64,000 bases of DNA. Source: Selaginella moellendorffii (lineage: Eukaryota; Plantae; Lycopodiophyta). The stretch lies in the NCBI RefSeq assembly GCF_000143415.4, contig NW_003314355.1, positions 267,410 through 331,409 on the forward strand. The letters are read 5' to 3'. Positions 11,137 to 23,295 of this stretch are shown here, in pieces; within the stretch, counting starts at the first letter, position 1, and each line of letters starts with the position of its first letter. Under the pieces are notes generated by a model that had not been told where the DNA came from, made no database searches, and saw nothing but the letters and a program-made list of their open reading frames with translations. A program made the position numbers and the translations under genes.

Positions 11137-13293
11137 ATGGCGGTGGCAGCCGCGGCGCAGTGGTGGGCGGAAATCCGAAGAAAAGGGCCGGAATCGTATG
11201 CGTCCGGTATGACTTTCGAGCTTCCTGAGGCAGGTGTGAGGTCGATTGCTTTTAGTAACGAGGTCCTGTTTGTGAGGGAAGCTTTTGATGGGCTCTACAA
11301 GGAGATTCTAACTGTCCTCGAGTCACGCAAGTTCGGTCTGTGTCATGTGAATGGGAACTCTGGCGTGGGCAAGTCTGCGTTCCTGTGGTATTTCATCATC
11401 CGGACTGGCATTGATAGGCCAGAGTCGGTCATTCTCTACGAGACCGACACTCGCCTGTGGGAGTTTCGCCGTGGCGCTCTTCGGCTGGTGGCCAAAACGG
11501 AGTATTCCTTCGACGAGATCGAGTCTTCTGAAGTTACCTTCCATCTGATCGACCAAAAAATTTCTCCCGGCCGACCCATTGGAAACCGAGCTGTTGTTGC
11601 TGCCTCGCCAGACGACGATAACACCAAAAGCATCAGGAAAGTCCGTCGGACTTACACGCGCTATCTGCCTCCCTGGGACAAGACAGAGTTCGATTTGCTT
11701 GTCAAGCTGTGGAAGTCGCAGGCGGACAAGTTACCCGGGCCAGAAGCGGACGAGGTAGATGAAAAGGTAAAGGCTGCCAACTTGGCCTTCTCTTGGTTCG
11801 GGGGCATCCCACGATTTTTGTGGGATCGTGAGGACGGAACACTCACAGAGGAAGACTTTCGTTCGGACGTGATGAAGTGCCTTGCAAACACCAAGCTTAA
11901 GAACGTGAGTGTCATCCTGCAAAACTCAGCGGGTGCTCAGAACGTTTCGTGGAGGCTCTTTCACTTCAACGTGACGCCCGGAACCCGCTTCAGACGTTTC
12001 CGCTACACGTTTTGCTCGGAGAAGGTGGCAAGTCTTTATGCTGAGTATCTGTGTACAACCAACGTGGATAAGATCCGCAGCTTTCTGGAGGCTTCTCAGT
12101 CATTCAGCGAGTACTCAGCGCTGCGAGGTTTCGTTTTCGAGCAGTACGTGGTCAGCCAGGCGTTGGAACACGACATTATGGTGATGCCGATGGTAAGGCT
12201 ATTTTTCACTCTTGGAAGCGTTACTTAGTGGCTCTGCAGGTTGACACTGCTTATTGCCAGCATTGTTCCCGCTCGGATGATCGAGGCAAGAATAAGAAGG
12301 TCCCCTGGATTCAGTGCGGGACCTGTCTTAAGTGGTACCATACCAAATGCGTCGGCATCAAATTCAAGTTTGATTTTAACTACAAGTGTCGGAACTGCCA
12401 AGGTGAGCCAAATGCTCAGGTTGTTTCCGGCCTTTTGCTACGATACTATGAAGGTGATCTGGAAGACGCTTTACTCGCAGCGGGTTGGTGTTTTTTGTAA
12501 TGCTTTTATCTTTCCTCTTCTCCGTTTAGCCGCTTTTCTCTTGTGCAGGTGAAGAGGCAATCAAGTATCTGTGGAGGCCTCTCAAAAAGAACAATGCTGT
12601 CTTTGATTTTGTATTGTTACCACGCACGTTGGGACAGGCTACCGTCGCTCGTACTAATCACAGACCGGTTCTTGAGGCTACGATCAAGGCACAGCAGGCT
12701 CTCAAAGCCTGGAGAGACGAGTTCTATCAGGATAACAACAACGATGACACTCTACTGGCTTTTTTCGTACCACCGGATTCTTACTCCAATTTCAAGTTCC
12801 AGCCATACCGTTCATCTGGAAAGGTTGCTCAGAAAGCTGTCAAAGGTGAGCGTTTCATATGAACACTAAGTATGTATGTCATCTTTCTTTACCAGGGATC
12901 GTACAGTGTAAGGTCGCCGTTCCAGTATCTGGTAGTCCTTATGTAGCGAAGGTTGCACCCAACGACATGGATGCTGTTTCTCTAGATCCGAACTTGCCGG
13001 AGACTTGGGAGGAGGCTCTGGGCTGCATAGAATGCTCGGAGGATATTGTCGAACAACCGGAGAAGTCTCTCGAGCAGGAAAAAGTCAGATATTGCAGGCA
13101 GAACTTGGCTTTTGATGGAGATGAGTTGGATGCTCTGGAAGCGATCTGCAACCTTGCAGATGGTAGGCAGAAGCGCAAGCGTTTGCAGGCATTGTGCAAG
13201 ATGTACAAGATTGCGGCCAATACCACCAACCAAGAGATGCTGGCTTGTCTCGAAGCAGAGCGTGAAAGACTAGATGATATGGAAGTGGATTAA
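11137..13293 (+). CDS. Crinkler/RHS-type (CR) P-loop NTPase + restriction-endonuclease-fold protein with inserted PHD finger and C-terminal HeH/SAP-like domain; 4 exons (11137-12192, 12240-12483, 12549-12845, 12896-13293), 664 aa
   Basis: Walker A 'GNSGVGKS', 'LIDQ', 'AASPD', 'LPPWD' and 'FGGIPR' match CR-NTPases. 'RGFVFEQYV ... LWRPLKKNNAVFD ... GQATVARTNH ... FKFQ' matches the CR-REase pattern. PHD C4HC3: 'CQHC...WIQCGTCLKWYHTKC...YKCRNC'. C-terminal 'LQALCKMYKIAANTTNQEMLACL'. The GT-AG introns splice in frame to 1995 nt. Confidence 0.8.
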
Positions 13294-13349
13294 TAAATTA
13301 GTTTGCTTTTTCATTTTTCATACTTTTTTGGTTTGGTTTTTAAAAGTTA

Positions 13350-14950
13350 TGTTCAGAATGAACAAAGGAAAGGGCTTAGGATTCTTGGAGGTGCTCCTAT
13401 AGGCACGCCGAGGTGGTGGCTCCATGTACGCCACGAGGTTTCTCATGCGTCGGCATTTCACAAGAGCTGTGAGCAGCTCTATGTGAGGAAGGTATTGAAC
13501 CGGAACACCGCGCCATTTGAACGGCAATTCCGGGGTCGTTTTTGTGGTATTTCCTCGTGCGAGTTGGGATTCAGAATCATCGTCTACGAAACCGTGTGTC
13601 TACGTTCATCTGATCGACCAGAACGTCAACACTTCGCGATTCATCGGGCTTCTGGTCGCCGCCTCTCCTGACATTAACAACACCAAACAAAAGTGACGCG
13701 CTACATGCCTGTGTGGACAAGGAAGAGTTTTTCGCCCTCGTTGCCTCGTGGAACTAACGGACCAAGCACTTGCCAAAGAGAGAGGCAGAGCTAATGCTGC
13801 CGAGAGGGCATACTCGTGGTTCGGGGGAATTCCCCGCTTCCTCTGGGCCTGGGACGCGGAAAAGCTTACTGGACAAGACTTTCGGGCGGAAGTACATCGA
13901 TGTTTGGTCGATACCAAACTAGAGAACGTCCGTGCCGTGTTGCAAGATAAGGCAAACGCCAAGAACGTCTTTTGGTGTCTTTTCCATTTCATTTAGCAGG
14001 GAGATTCGACAAACACCATTATTCATTTTGTTCTGATAAGGTGGCGAACGCTTATGCTCAGTACCTACTTATGGAGTATCAGGACCAGCTTAGAGCCTTC
14101 ATCCAAGCTTCGGAGCCCGTTCCAGAGTATGCTACCTTGCGAGGCTCTGTTTTCGAGCAATATGTCATTGTGCTTGCAGTCGCTCATGGGCATACCACTG
14201 GTAAGCACCTTGCGTTTGGATTGACATTTTGCAATCCAGATGGACGATGTCTATCTGGATTGCAAAATGATGCTTGTCAAAACAAAGACTGAGGAAGGAA
14301 GTTCAGAGTGGATTGGATAAAATGCAACGTCTGTGAGCATTGGTACCATTTAAAGTGCGCAAAGGTGAAGAGACTACCTTCAATTTACAAGTGCAAGGGT
14401 GATTGTGTACTCGCGTTCACATATCTGACGGTGTTGCTATTATGAAGGGGATCTTGAGAACGCCTTGATTGCCGCAGGTAAGCTTAGTGTACTGTTATAG
14501 CAGTTAAGTTTTAACAAAACTCTGTGCTGCAGGTCCTGATGCCAAAAAGTACATGTTTAAGCCCTGATGAAGAACAATGCGGTGTTCGCAAGTTGGGTCA
14601 GATCACGGTTGCGTTGAGACACCCGTCCTCCATCCAAGCTCTTGTGAATGCTGTCAAGGTCCTCAAGACCTGGGCGCAGCTCTTCAATCACCTGGATAAA
14701 GATAAGGGATGTGCTCTTGCTCCCTCCAAGCAACCATATCGACAGTCTAGGAAGATCTCCACGCGAGCTGTGAAAGGTACAAGGCTGCGAGGTTCTAGAT
14801 CTTGTTTGACATGCGTTCTTTTCAGGTAGGTGGCAGTGCCTGTAAATGAATCACCTTATGTCGAGCGTGATTTGAAGCCTGACATGGAAGAGGTCTCACT
14901 GGATCTCGGTGCAAGCCTCGGTTCATGGGAGGCGTACTCGTGGAACCATG
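13350..14950 (+). pseudogene. Decayed tandem paralog of the CR NTPase-PHD-REase gene
   Basis: Colinear remnants: 'HLNGNSGV' with the Walker A GKS deleted, 'WFGGIPRFLW', 'RGSVFEQYV', 'WIKCNVCEHWYHLKC', 'YYEGDLENALIAAG', 'LGQITVALRH', '[11 protein letters not shown]'. Several frameshifts and stops. Confidence 0.85.
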
Positions 14951-15103
14951 GAATGAATCTGAGTTTGTGTCACTTGACAAGGAACGGGACCGTCTTAAGC
15001 CTGAATGCTCCTAGATTTAGGGTTCAGAGAAATAAGGATTTAGGGTTCAATGAATTTACAAGATATAGGGTTCTTGGGAGGCGAGGTTATTTCCCTGTAC
15101 CCA

Positions 15104-16302
15104 ATGGTGGAGATCGAGAAGGCGCCGACGATGGCGATGCCGGTGGATGCGAGCGAGCGCGAGGAGGGGGAAATCGTGGTGTCTCCATCGCCAAGGAGAA
15201 GCATCCGCTGGAGCACTCGTGGACGTTTTGGTTCGATAACCCTAGCGGTAAGAACAAGCAGCAGCAGTGGGGAAGCTCATTGCGGGCGGTCTACACTGTG
15301 AGCACGGTCGAAGATTTCTGGTGGTAAGCTCCCTCGGCCGATCCATGCCCCTTTCTAGTCATTTCATTCGATTCGAAGGATCTAAGATACAAATGCGCCT
15401 CTATTTCTTTGCAGCCTCTACAATAATCTCGTGCAGCCGGGGCGATTGATCAGTGGGGCGGACTTCCACTGCTTCAAGGAGGGAATCAAGCCCGAGTGGG
15501 AAGATCCGAGGTGTGCGAATGGGGGGAAATGGACTGCGGCTCCACCGCGAGGCAGCAAGCAAGCGCTGGATCAGTTCTGGCTAAACACTGTGAGTATAGG
15601 AGAGATTTCTCGCCTTTCATCGTGGCTTTTCTCTTGACGCTCTTGCTCTTCCAGCTGCTGGCTTTGATCGGTGAGCAATTCGATGAGGGCGATGAGATCT
15701 GTGGCGTTGTGGTGAGCGTGAGGCCGAGGAGATAAGCTCTCCTTGTGGACCAAGACGGCCAACAACGAAGCCGCCCAGGTAAAAGATCTCTCCTTCTTCC
15801 TTCTCTCCGCTGCGATAGTGTTCTAGCCTCCAGGTTTTCTTCTTGTTCTCTAGCAAGCTTCACCAAATTTCGAATTTTCCTTTAGCATGGTTCTTTGGCG
15901 ATCATTTTTTTCTACGAGTCCTGCCTTGTCCTTGCTCGACCTCTGAAAAGTTTCCTTGTTTTGGGCGAAGCTTTACCGGGTTTCAATTTTTCCTTAGCAA
16001 GCTTCGAGTGGTTCTTTCGCAAAGCTCTAGCAAGTTTCTTCTTGTTCTTAGCTTTACCACTTTTTTCCTTGAGCAAGCTTTGAAAGGTTCTTTGCCTTGT
16101 CTCTAAAAGTTTTCCTGTTTTGGGTGATTCCAGATGAGCATTGGAAGGCAATGGAAGGAATTTCTCGAGTATCAGGACAAGATCAACTTCATGTTTCACG
16201 TAAGAATCCCTTTATTCTCTTTCTTTCCACTCGCTACACTTTTTCTTCCTACTTTTTCCAGGGCGTGGTGATTCGAAGGCGAGAAATCGCTACTCTGTAT
16301 GA
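15104..16302 (+). pseudogene. eIF4E: Translation initiation factor eIF4E, frameshifted (probable pseudogene, introns retained)
   Basis: Motifs '[14 protein letters not shown]', 'TVEDFW', 'ADFHCFKEGIKPEWEDP', 'GEQFDEGDEICGVVVSVR', 'SIGRQWKEFL' and 'ARNRYSV*'. The frame breaks near 15180, 15730 and 16262. Confidence 0.85.
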
Positions 16303-16441
16303 TACCTTCTAAGCTCAATTTTGCTGGATCGCATTTTAAAAGGGTGGATGTTTCATGGCTTTTTGTAACCGGTGTTACAAAATAAAGCTATAAGGGGAAA
16401 AAGAAAATTCTAGTGGTTTAGGGTTTATATTTATTTCGCTC

Positions 16442-19077
16442 ATGGCGTCGAGCCAGGGATGGCGCCTGTCGCTGGCGGCCAGGCGCGCGAGGAAGAGGAC
16501 GCGATGCTTGGATCAAGATTGCTGCCACCACGACAATCTCCGCTGCGAGCACTGGCGCGAGCTCAAGAGCTACGCCGCGGAGCTCTGTTCTTGCGATTCC
16601 TCCCAGGTAATCCCTTGCGGCACGCGCAGCGCTCCTGGATTTCCAGTCCTTGAGCTTCCTCACTGATGTGAAATGCTGGCAGTCCCTTTGTGTCGCAGGG
16701 CGATCGCGTCCAGACCCTCAAATCCCTGGCGGCGCTGCTCCTCTGCCTCGCCGCCGCCGATGATCCTGCCAATGCAGATGGAGATTACGCGCTATCGGTG
16801 CCAGTGGGCGACGCAATGGTGATCATCGCTCACGATGACGTGGTCCGGCTCTACAAAGTCTTGTTCCAGGAGCTCGCGAAGATTGGCAGCTATTTGCTCA
16901 CGAACTTCTGGTATGTCCCCGAGATGGTTCCTTGTTCCAGTGACGCGGCGCTCCACTTCGAGGAGCTTGCTCAATCGCTGTGCTGCTGCATCCGGATCAT
17001 TCCCATCGTGGATATGTTCAACACCAGCATGAGCCACACTGCCGCATCCACTGTCCACGAGATGCTCCACCATCTTTGCTCGCCGTCGAAGTTCTTCCCT
17101 CTTGGCTCGCCTTACACCGTGAAAGAACACCAGGACGTCGTCTTGAGGAGCGCCCTGCTAGAAGTAAGTAAAAATCTCTCCTTTTTTTTACTGACCTCTA
17201 CGCGTAGGTGTTCTTGGATGAGATCTTACTCCACCGGGCTCTAACATTCCCAGAAGGCGAAGAATTCTCTTACCGTGCGTCGATCGAAGCTGCATTCGCG
17301 CATATGTTCCACTTCCAGTTTTTGCAAGGCCGGCCATTCCACCAATCCAAGCTCAGCCTTCCTGCGGGTGTTCTTCTACTCGACATGTCCACTACCAACC
17401 GAGTTCCTAGCGACTTGCTGACGCACATCATATCGCTCGTCACCGGAGCATTGGTCCCGGGTGCGAGTTGCGATGATGAGAGCTTTCCTGCGATCCAGGC
17501 GCAGAATTATATTCCACACTTTCAGCTGGACGACGAGCTGCCGCATGGAGTAGCTATTGGATTGGCGTCTTCGGTGGTAGAAACAGCAATGGGGTTACTG
17601 TCGAAGTACTACTCAGCGTCCGTTACGATTGCAGCACGGGACAAAAATGGTTTTGAGTGGGGGACACAGGCACTAACTTATGCTGCGGAATATGACTGTG
17701 ACCAAGGCGAGTATTCGTCTACGTTGGCAGCTCTACTCCGGGCGATGGCGTGTGCAATAAATCGGCTTGTTAGTGAGGTCTGCACTATCAAGTGCCAGGA
17801 CAGAGATGGGGAGTTGACTGGTGTCCGGGACCTTGCCATTCAAAGAACTTTCGAGACGGTTGCGACTGCCATCAGCCTGAATATGCCTTCCACAAAGTTC
17901 ATGCAAGCTATCGGGTGTTTCAATCAAAGCATGGTCGAGGCGCTAACATCAGAAAACGCAAGAGGAACCATAGGATGGACGCTTGTTATATTTGCTCACA
18001 TACTTTCCTACGAGTCACTGAGGGGGCTGGATGAAGCTGTGGCCGTGGAATACGTTCGCGTTTTGGACTCTCTCCTGGCCTTATTACTACTCGAGAGTAG
18101 ACCCGATAACGACGTCATGGACGATAAGATAGCCGCTTCTACAAACTTTTTCCTGCGTGGGATGATTAAGTCGCTTCATCAAACAGCCTGGGACATGTGT
18201 TCGCGTAAGGTAACTTGTGTGATTCCAACAGTTCAGCGTCTCTTAACGTTTCGTTTCTGTTGGCATGCAGAAGTCCGCGACGAAGCTCTTGTCTTTTTTT
18301 TATCAAAAGTCACTCCGATTGGCAGGAAGGATTTTCCAACAATTGAAGATGTCGATTGGCTGTCGCCTGGCATCAGCTTCGACACTGGGAAGAATTTGCC
18401 AACAATTGAAACCGTGACACCTGACATGAGCGTACATGAAACAGTCCAAGAGGTCGTTCAAGAGGTCGTCCAAGAGGTCGTGCAAGAGGTCATCGTGGAA
18501 GAAGCATCAGATTCGACGACTCCTTTGAAACCCAGGCCATCGACACTGATCATAGCCAAGCGGTTCAAGATAAAGAAGCTCCGTGTGGAACAACTTACGG
18601 ATACACCAGTGGAGAGGACAAGTACACCAGAGACACCTGTGGAGGGGTAAGTCTTTATGTTTGTATGTCTTTTGAGCTTACGGATTCTTTGTTTTCATCA
18701 CGTTCAGCAAAAAGAAGAAAAGGAGAAGACGTGGCGCAGGAACTTGGAGTGCAGAAGTGTGCATTAGTAAGAGAACGCGTAGCGCCACCAAAAGCAAGAG
18801 CACAGCGGGAACAGCCAGCAATAGCAGCAGCAACAACAACAAGAACCGCCAGATTGAGAATTCTTTCGTCGCAGAGATGCTCACCAGGGAGACGTACGAG
18901 GAGTCTTTCGCCGACTTGAACGATTTCATCGTCTGTAAGAAGGGTCGCAACTACACAAGGTTCCTCAACGCCAGGATCAAATACAGGCGCAAGAGCCACA
19001 CTCGAATGATTTGGAAGCGGCGGGACAAAAGGCAAAGCCTGATGAAGCTGCTCGAGCTGTGCGGTGAAAGGGCGTGA
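16442..19077 (+). CDS. Hypothetical multi-exon protein (predicted helical body, VQEV repeats, basic C-terminus)
   Basis: Long ORFs 16690-17244, 17208-18650 and 18757-19077 can be joined by short GT-AG introns. No family recognised. Confidence 0.6.
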
Positions 19078-19169
19078 ACATTAAACAGGTTTTTTCCTTT
19101 TCCTCTCAACTCAAAACAAGTCTTTTCGATCTTTCTTTTCAGCCCCAGATGTACACTCTTTTCCCAAAG

Positions 19170-19654
19170 CTAGCTGGTACCTGTAAACTGCTTAACTCTA
19201 TCGACAACGCCGCGAACAGCACTCTTGGTTGCATCCATCCAACTTCCTCCGCCTTCACTGGTGTTCTTTCCTGTCCTGGGAGTGGCCGTACCCTTGTCAA
19301 CCTCGGTATCCTCCATTACAAAGGTGTCGGCCCGCATCTCCTCGCCTATAGGATCACTAGCGGCTGTCTCTGAAGTCTTGGGCGCCCCTGTTACAGCATT
19401 GTCACCGTCTCGATCGCCCGCAAAGTTCCTGAAGCTCCACCTCCTGGAAGCTCGCAAAGAAGGAAAGCTAGCCTTTCCCATCATCGCCAAGCCTTCGTCC
19501 CCTGTGTCTGAGACTACCAGGTGAATAAATTTGACCAATCCTTGTTTTCTTTGGCACTGTAGCCCGGCTTTCGGTTCATCCCGCATTGCCAGTTCTGCTT
19601 GCAGTTCAGCTCTCGTGATTGCTTCCACAGTGTACTTTACACTACATCCATCAT
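19170..19654 (-). pseudogene. Orphan 3' exon/ORF whose 5' end abuts the telomeric repeats
   Basis: The ~160-codon frame stays open up to the telomere-repeat junction; no family recognised. Confidence 0.35.
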
Positions 19655-19675
19655 CTAAACCCTAAACCCTAAACC
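19655..19675 (+). repeat. Interstitial plant telomere repeats, (CCCTAAA)x3
   Basis: CTAAACCCTAAACCCTAAACC immediately 5' of the RT region. Confidence 0.9.
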
Positions 19676-22600
19676 GGTTGGTCAAAGAGGAAACGGAGTG
19701 TGAACGAAAATTCGTACACCTCTGATATATTAGTGCCGGATTCGAGAGGATCAGTATCCGCACTCTCATGAGGGAATGCTTGGAAATGATTGGCCTAGAT
19801 GCGGAACTCCTGGATCCCATCGTATTTGGCTGGAGGTATGAACCCCAGATCAAACACGACTTTTATAAACCCAAAGAGGTTTTCTGTAACTGGGACACTC
19901 ATGCACCACTGGTTTGCGAATGCAGACGATGGCCATGGGTAACTTACCTCGACGAGACTGGACATGTGCGTACATTGGATCCAAAGATCCTTGGCTCACG
20001 CATACTCACGACTGTCATCGAGAAAGGTCTCAATCACATCACCCCAAAACCACTCCAAACAGCAAAAATCATTGCTGAAGTCTGTGGAGCCTGGGATCGG
20101 ATTGCCAGTATGATCCCCGATGTCTAACGACGAAGCTGCTGTTAAACAGCATATCAACTACCGAGTCCGAATGGCAGTACAAAATTGCCAGACCACCCCG
20201 ATGGTAGATGTGATGACCACCCCTGAGGCAAAGCGGCAATTGGAGTGGGTACATAAAGACTTGTACATCAGTGGCGCAGACAAAGCGGCCAACACACCCA
20301 CCTTCTTTTGCAAAACGTTAGCCCGGGAGCAAGCGCTTGCACGGATGAATAGTGACGACTTTCCACTAGTAGTCTCGGACAATAATGTCCCTGAGACGCC
20401 TGAGCAAGTTGTAAAACAACTGCTCGGTGAACCGCCCTTACAGGAATTCCCGCCGCAGAAACCAGATCTCCCTTACCTTATGGGAATCTATAAAGTGCAC
20501 AAGAATAAAATGCGCTGGTTAACGAATGCGGATGGATGTGTCTTCTCTGAAATCACAATTTGCCTCACAGCTATCCTGAAAGGAATACAGGAGGCGCTAC
20601 AAAACGTAGCTGATGATTTCTACGCATGGGCAAAATTCTTTGGAGGAAAAACGAACACGTGTTGGATCCTTGGATCCACACAGGAGTTCGCGATTAATCT
20701 TCCCGACAAGATCACCACGATCTATACGGGAGATATCACAAAGTGCTACGAGGCCATCCCCCTCGAGGGAGATCAAGGCCTCACGACGGCCATGACAAAC
20801 CTCGTCAATTTGGCTTTCGCGCACCAAAACCACCTCCATAAGGACCTTTTTCTGATTCAAAAGAAGAACGGCGAGCTTGAGGCCGAATGGAAACCTCTAC
20901 GCCACTCATCAGTGAAGGCCACCAGAATGGATCCAACAAAAGTCATCGAGCTAAATCACTTCATTATCCGGAACACATACGTCTGGCTGGGTGACAGAGT
21001 ATGGAGCCAAGTCCGAGGGATTCCTATGGGCTTCTCGTGCTCGCCTCTGTGGTGTAACCTGTACCTATTCTATTTCGAGTATAACTTTATCACTCGACTC
21101 GCTCGTTTAGGCCGGTATGATCTGCTGCGCTTATTCGAACATACTTTCCGGTACATGGACGATCTGGTGTCAATGAATAACCCCATGATCCTCCGATTCC
21201 TTGACCCTGATCAAGTCGAATCCGAAGGAAATCCGTTCTGGATATATCCATTACGATTCCTGGCCATGCAGAACGAGATGGATAATCCATTCGTGAACAC
21301 GGACGGCTCGCTCGTGAATCTGTCCGCTCACTTCTTGAGCCTTCAGATTCAGATCATACGAGTTGATGGTACTTTCTTAACCACAAAATATGACAAGCGC
21401 CGATCACTTCCATTCAAAGTCTCGCTGTACATTCAGCGAGATTCAAACCGGCCAGTCGCAAACTCATCCAAGGTGATCCTGGGGCAAGTCTTTGCGCTTT
21501 TTTATCTGATTAATACCGCCGGTGGTATCGTCCTTGAGATTGATAATCTTGTTGAATGCTTCGTGGAAAAAGGATTCCATCGCTATGCATTGAGACGACT
21601 CATCCTCAGTGGTCTGGATCGTATCATTCTCACCAGCCCCCTGACACCGGTACAAGCAGTCTTGGAAATTCTCTTTGACATCTGGAGAGAACTGGCCAAT
21701 AGGCCACCACAGCTCGACGACTCAGCAAACTCAAGCTGAGCACCAGGAACTCTGTCCTCTAGACAGGACTATCCATCACTTTAGCATCATATCGAAACAT
21801 AATAGATTCGATATTTATGCCGTTTTGGACTGTGAACAACAAAAGAATTAGTTCCCCCAAACTTACCATGCAGTCCTGGGTCACGCGCTGAACTAAAAAA
21901 TGCAAGTGCACCTTTGACTACAACTGTGTTTTGATTGGTAAAATTTAAAAAAAACAACACAAGTTGCTGCTCTCTCACTCTGAGACAGATCCCACGCCTT
22001 AATCACAGCAAGGTCTTCCTTAAAAACAATTTTTTAAAGGAAACCTTACTTACAGAAAACTCTGTTTTCCCATGAATAAACTAATGGGATACATGAGTAG
22101 ATGTGGCATGGTAAAAAACAAAACTTTGGATTCCTCACAGAATCTCGCGCGAAGAAACATGCCACACGGATAGGCAAACCTAATTACAAGCTATAGCTAT
22201 TCGACTTCATGGCTGCGGGCACTGGATTTTCTCACACCGAAAGGTATGAAGCGACAGGAAAAACCCTAACGTTAGGGTTTCTCGCTTGCATCTGCCGCCG
22301 CCGCATTCTCCAGGAGCGCATCCACAAGCAGAGCAAGCTTGGGCTGCTGCAAGGCTGTGCGCTAGCACAACCACGCACACTTCTCGCCCACTCCAGAATC
22401 AACAGCCGCTTCGTTGCGCACCGCAAGAATGAGCAGTGCCAACGAAGTGCTTGTTTGGGGATAGCATAAAACAAGCTTACACCCACCACTAAGGTCACGA
22501 GGAATCTCACTACCACATTCCTGGCCACGCAAAAACGGGTACAAACGATTCATTTTGCTGCGTTTTTTTACCCTTGGCCTGTAGGAATCTCTCTCGGCCA

Positions 22601-23103
22601 GAGCGCTGGAACTAAACGCCACAGCGACACAAGGGGTTCTCACTGACTCTGCCCAGGTAGTGCTTGTACTCTCGACTGTTCCAGCTTCTAATCATCCACT
22701 TAGAAAAAAGACGGGATGACAGCGACTGGTCCAGACGGCGAGATCCATGAGTCAACGGATAGCGATCAGGTTGAGCATGTTCCTTAGCTCTAATCTTTGG
22801 AAGTCACTTCTGATGTGCGGCCCGGGCATGTACCTGAGTACATTGGCTCGCGAGCATCAGTCGTGCATTTCTCAGTTCAGTTTTGAAACCTAGCTTCGTA
22901 CTTTCACAAAATGAGAGATAGAGCTAGCGGAGATTGCATTACTAATCCTCGTCTTCCATGATACAGGTACCCCCCGGACACCCAAACCGTAGGAGGTGAC
23001 ATAGGAATTGCTTAGGGAAATCGTTTTGGTCGTGGTCGGTACCGGGTTACCGGGCGGATGATCCTACGCCTCGGACGAATGTACCGAAAACGGCCTAGTC
23101 GAT
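19676..23103 (+). mobile_element. 5'-truncated endonuclease-deficient Penelope-like retroelement (RT ORF ~19768-21739 with one frameshift at ~20125, plus a 3' non-coding region; 3' boundary inferred)
   Basis: RT motifs 'ADKAAN', 'YTGDITKCYEAIP', 'QVRGIPMGFSCSP', 'FRYMDD', 'HFLSLQI' and 'YDKRR' fit the PLE type. The ORF stops with no GIY-YIG or other nuclease domain. Telomere repeats sit at the 5' truncation. Confidence 0.82.
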
Positions 23104-23263
23104 CTGCTTAACCAAAAATGGCCCACTTGGAGCTCGCATTCACGGCCGGGGCTCAACAGAGCAACCCCGGCTGCTTTACCTATTTAAAGTTTGAGAATAG
23201 GTCAAGGGTGTTTCACCCCCGATGCCTCTAATCATTCGCTTTACCCGATAAAACTCAGCAAGA

Positions 23264-23295
<32 letters not shown>

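Noticed and set aside
22261-22280. Telomere-telomere fusion scar
   Set aside because: Orientation is CCCTAA then TTAGGG, the opposite of an end-to-end fusion, with only one unit per side
23070-23104. Possible hammerhead ribozyme at the PLE 3' end (CGGACGA...CGAAA...GTC)
   Set aside because: PLEs often carry hammerheads, but the core is non-canonical and stems I-III do not pair convincingly; an Infernal search would settle it
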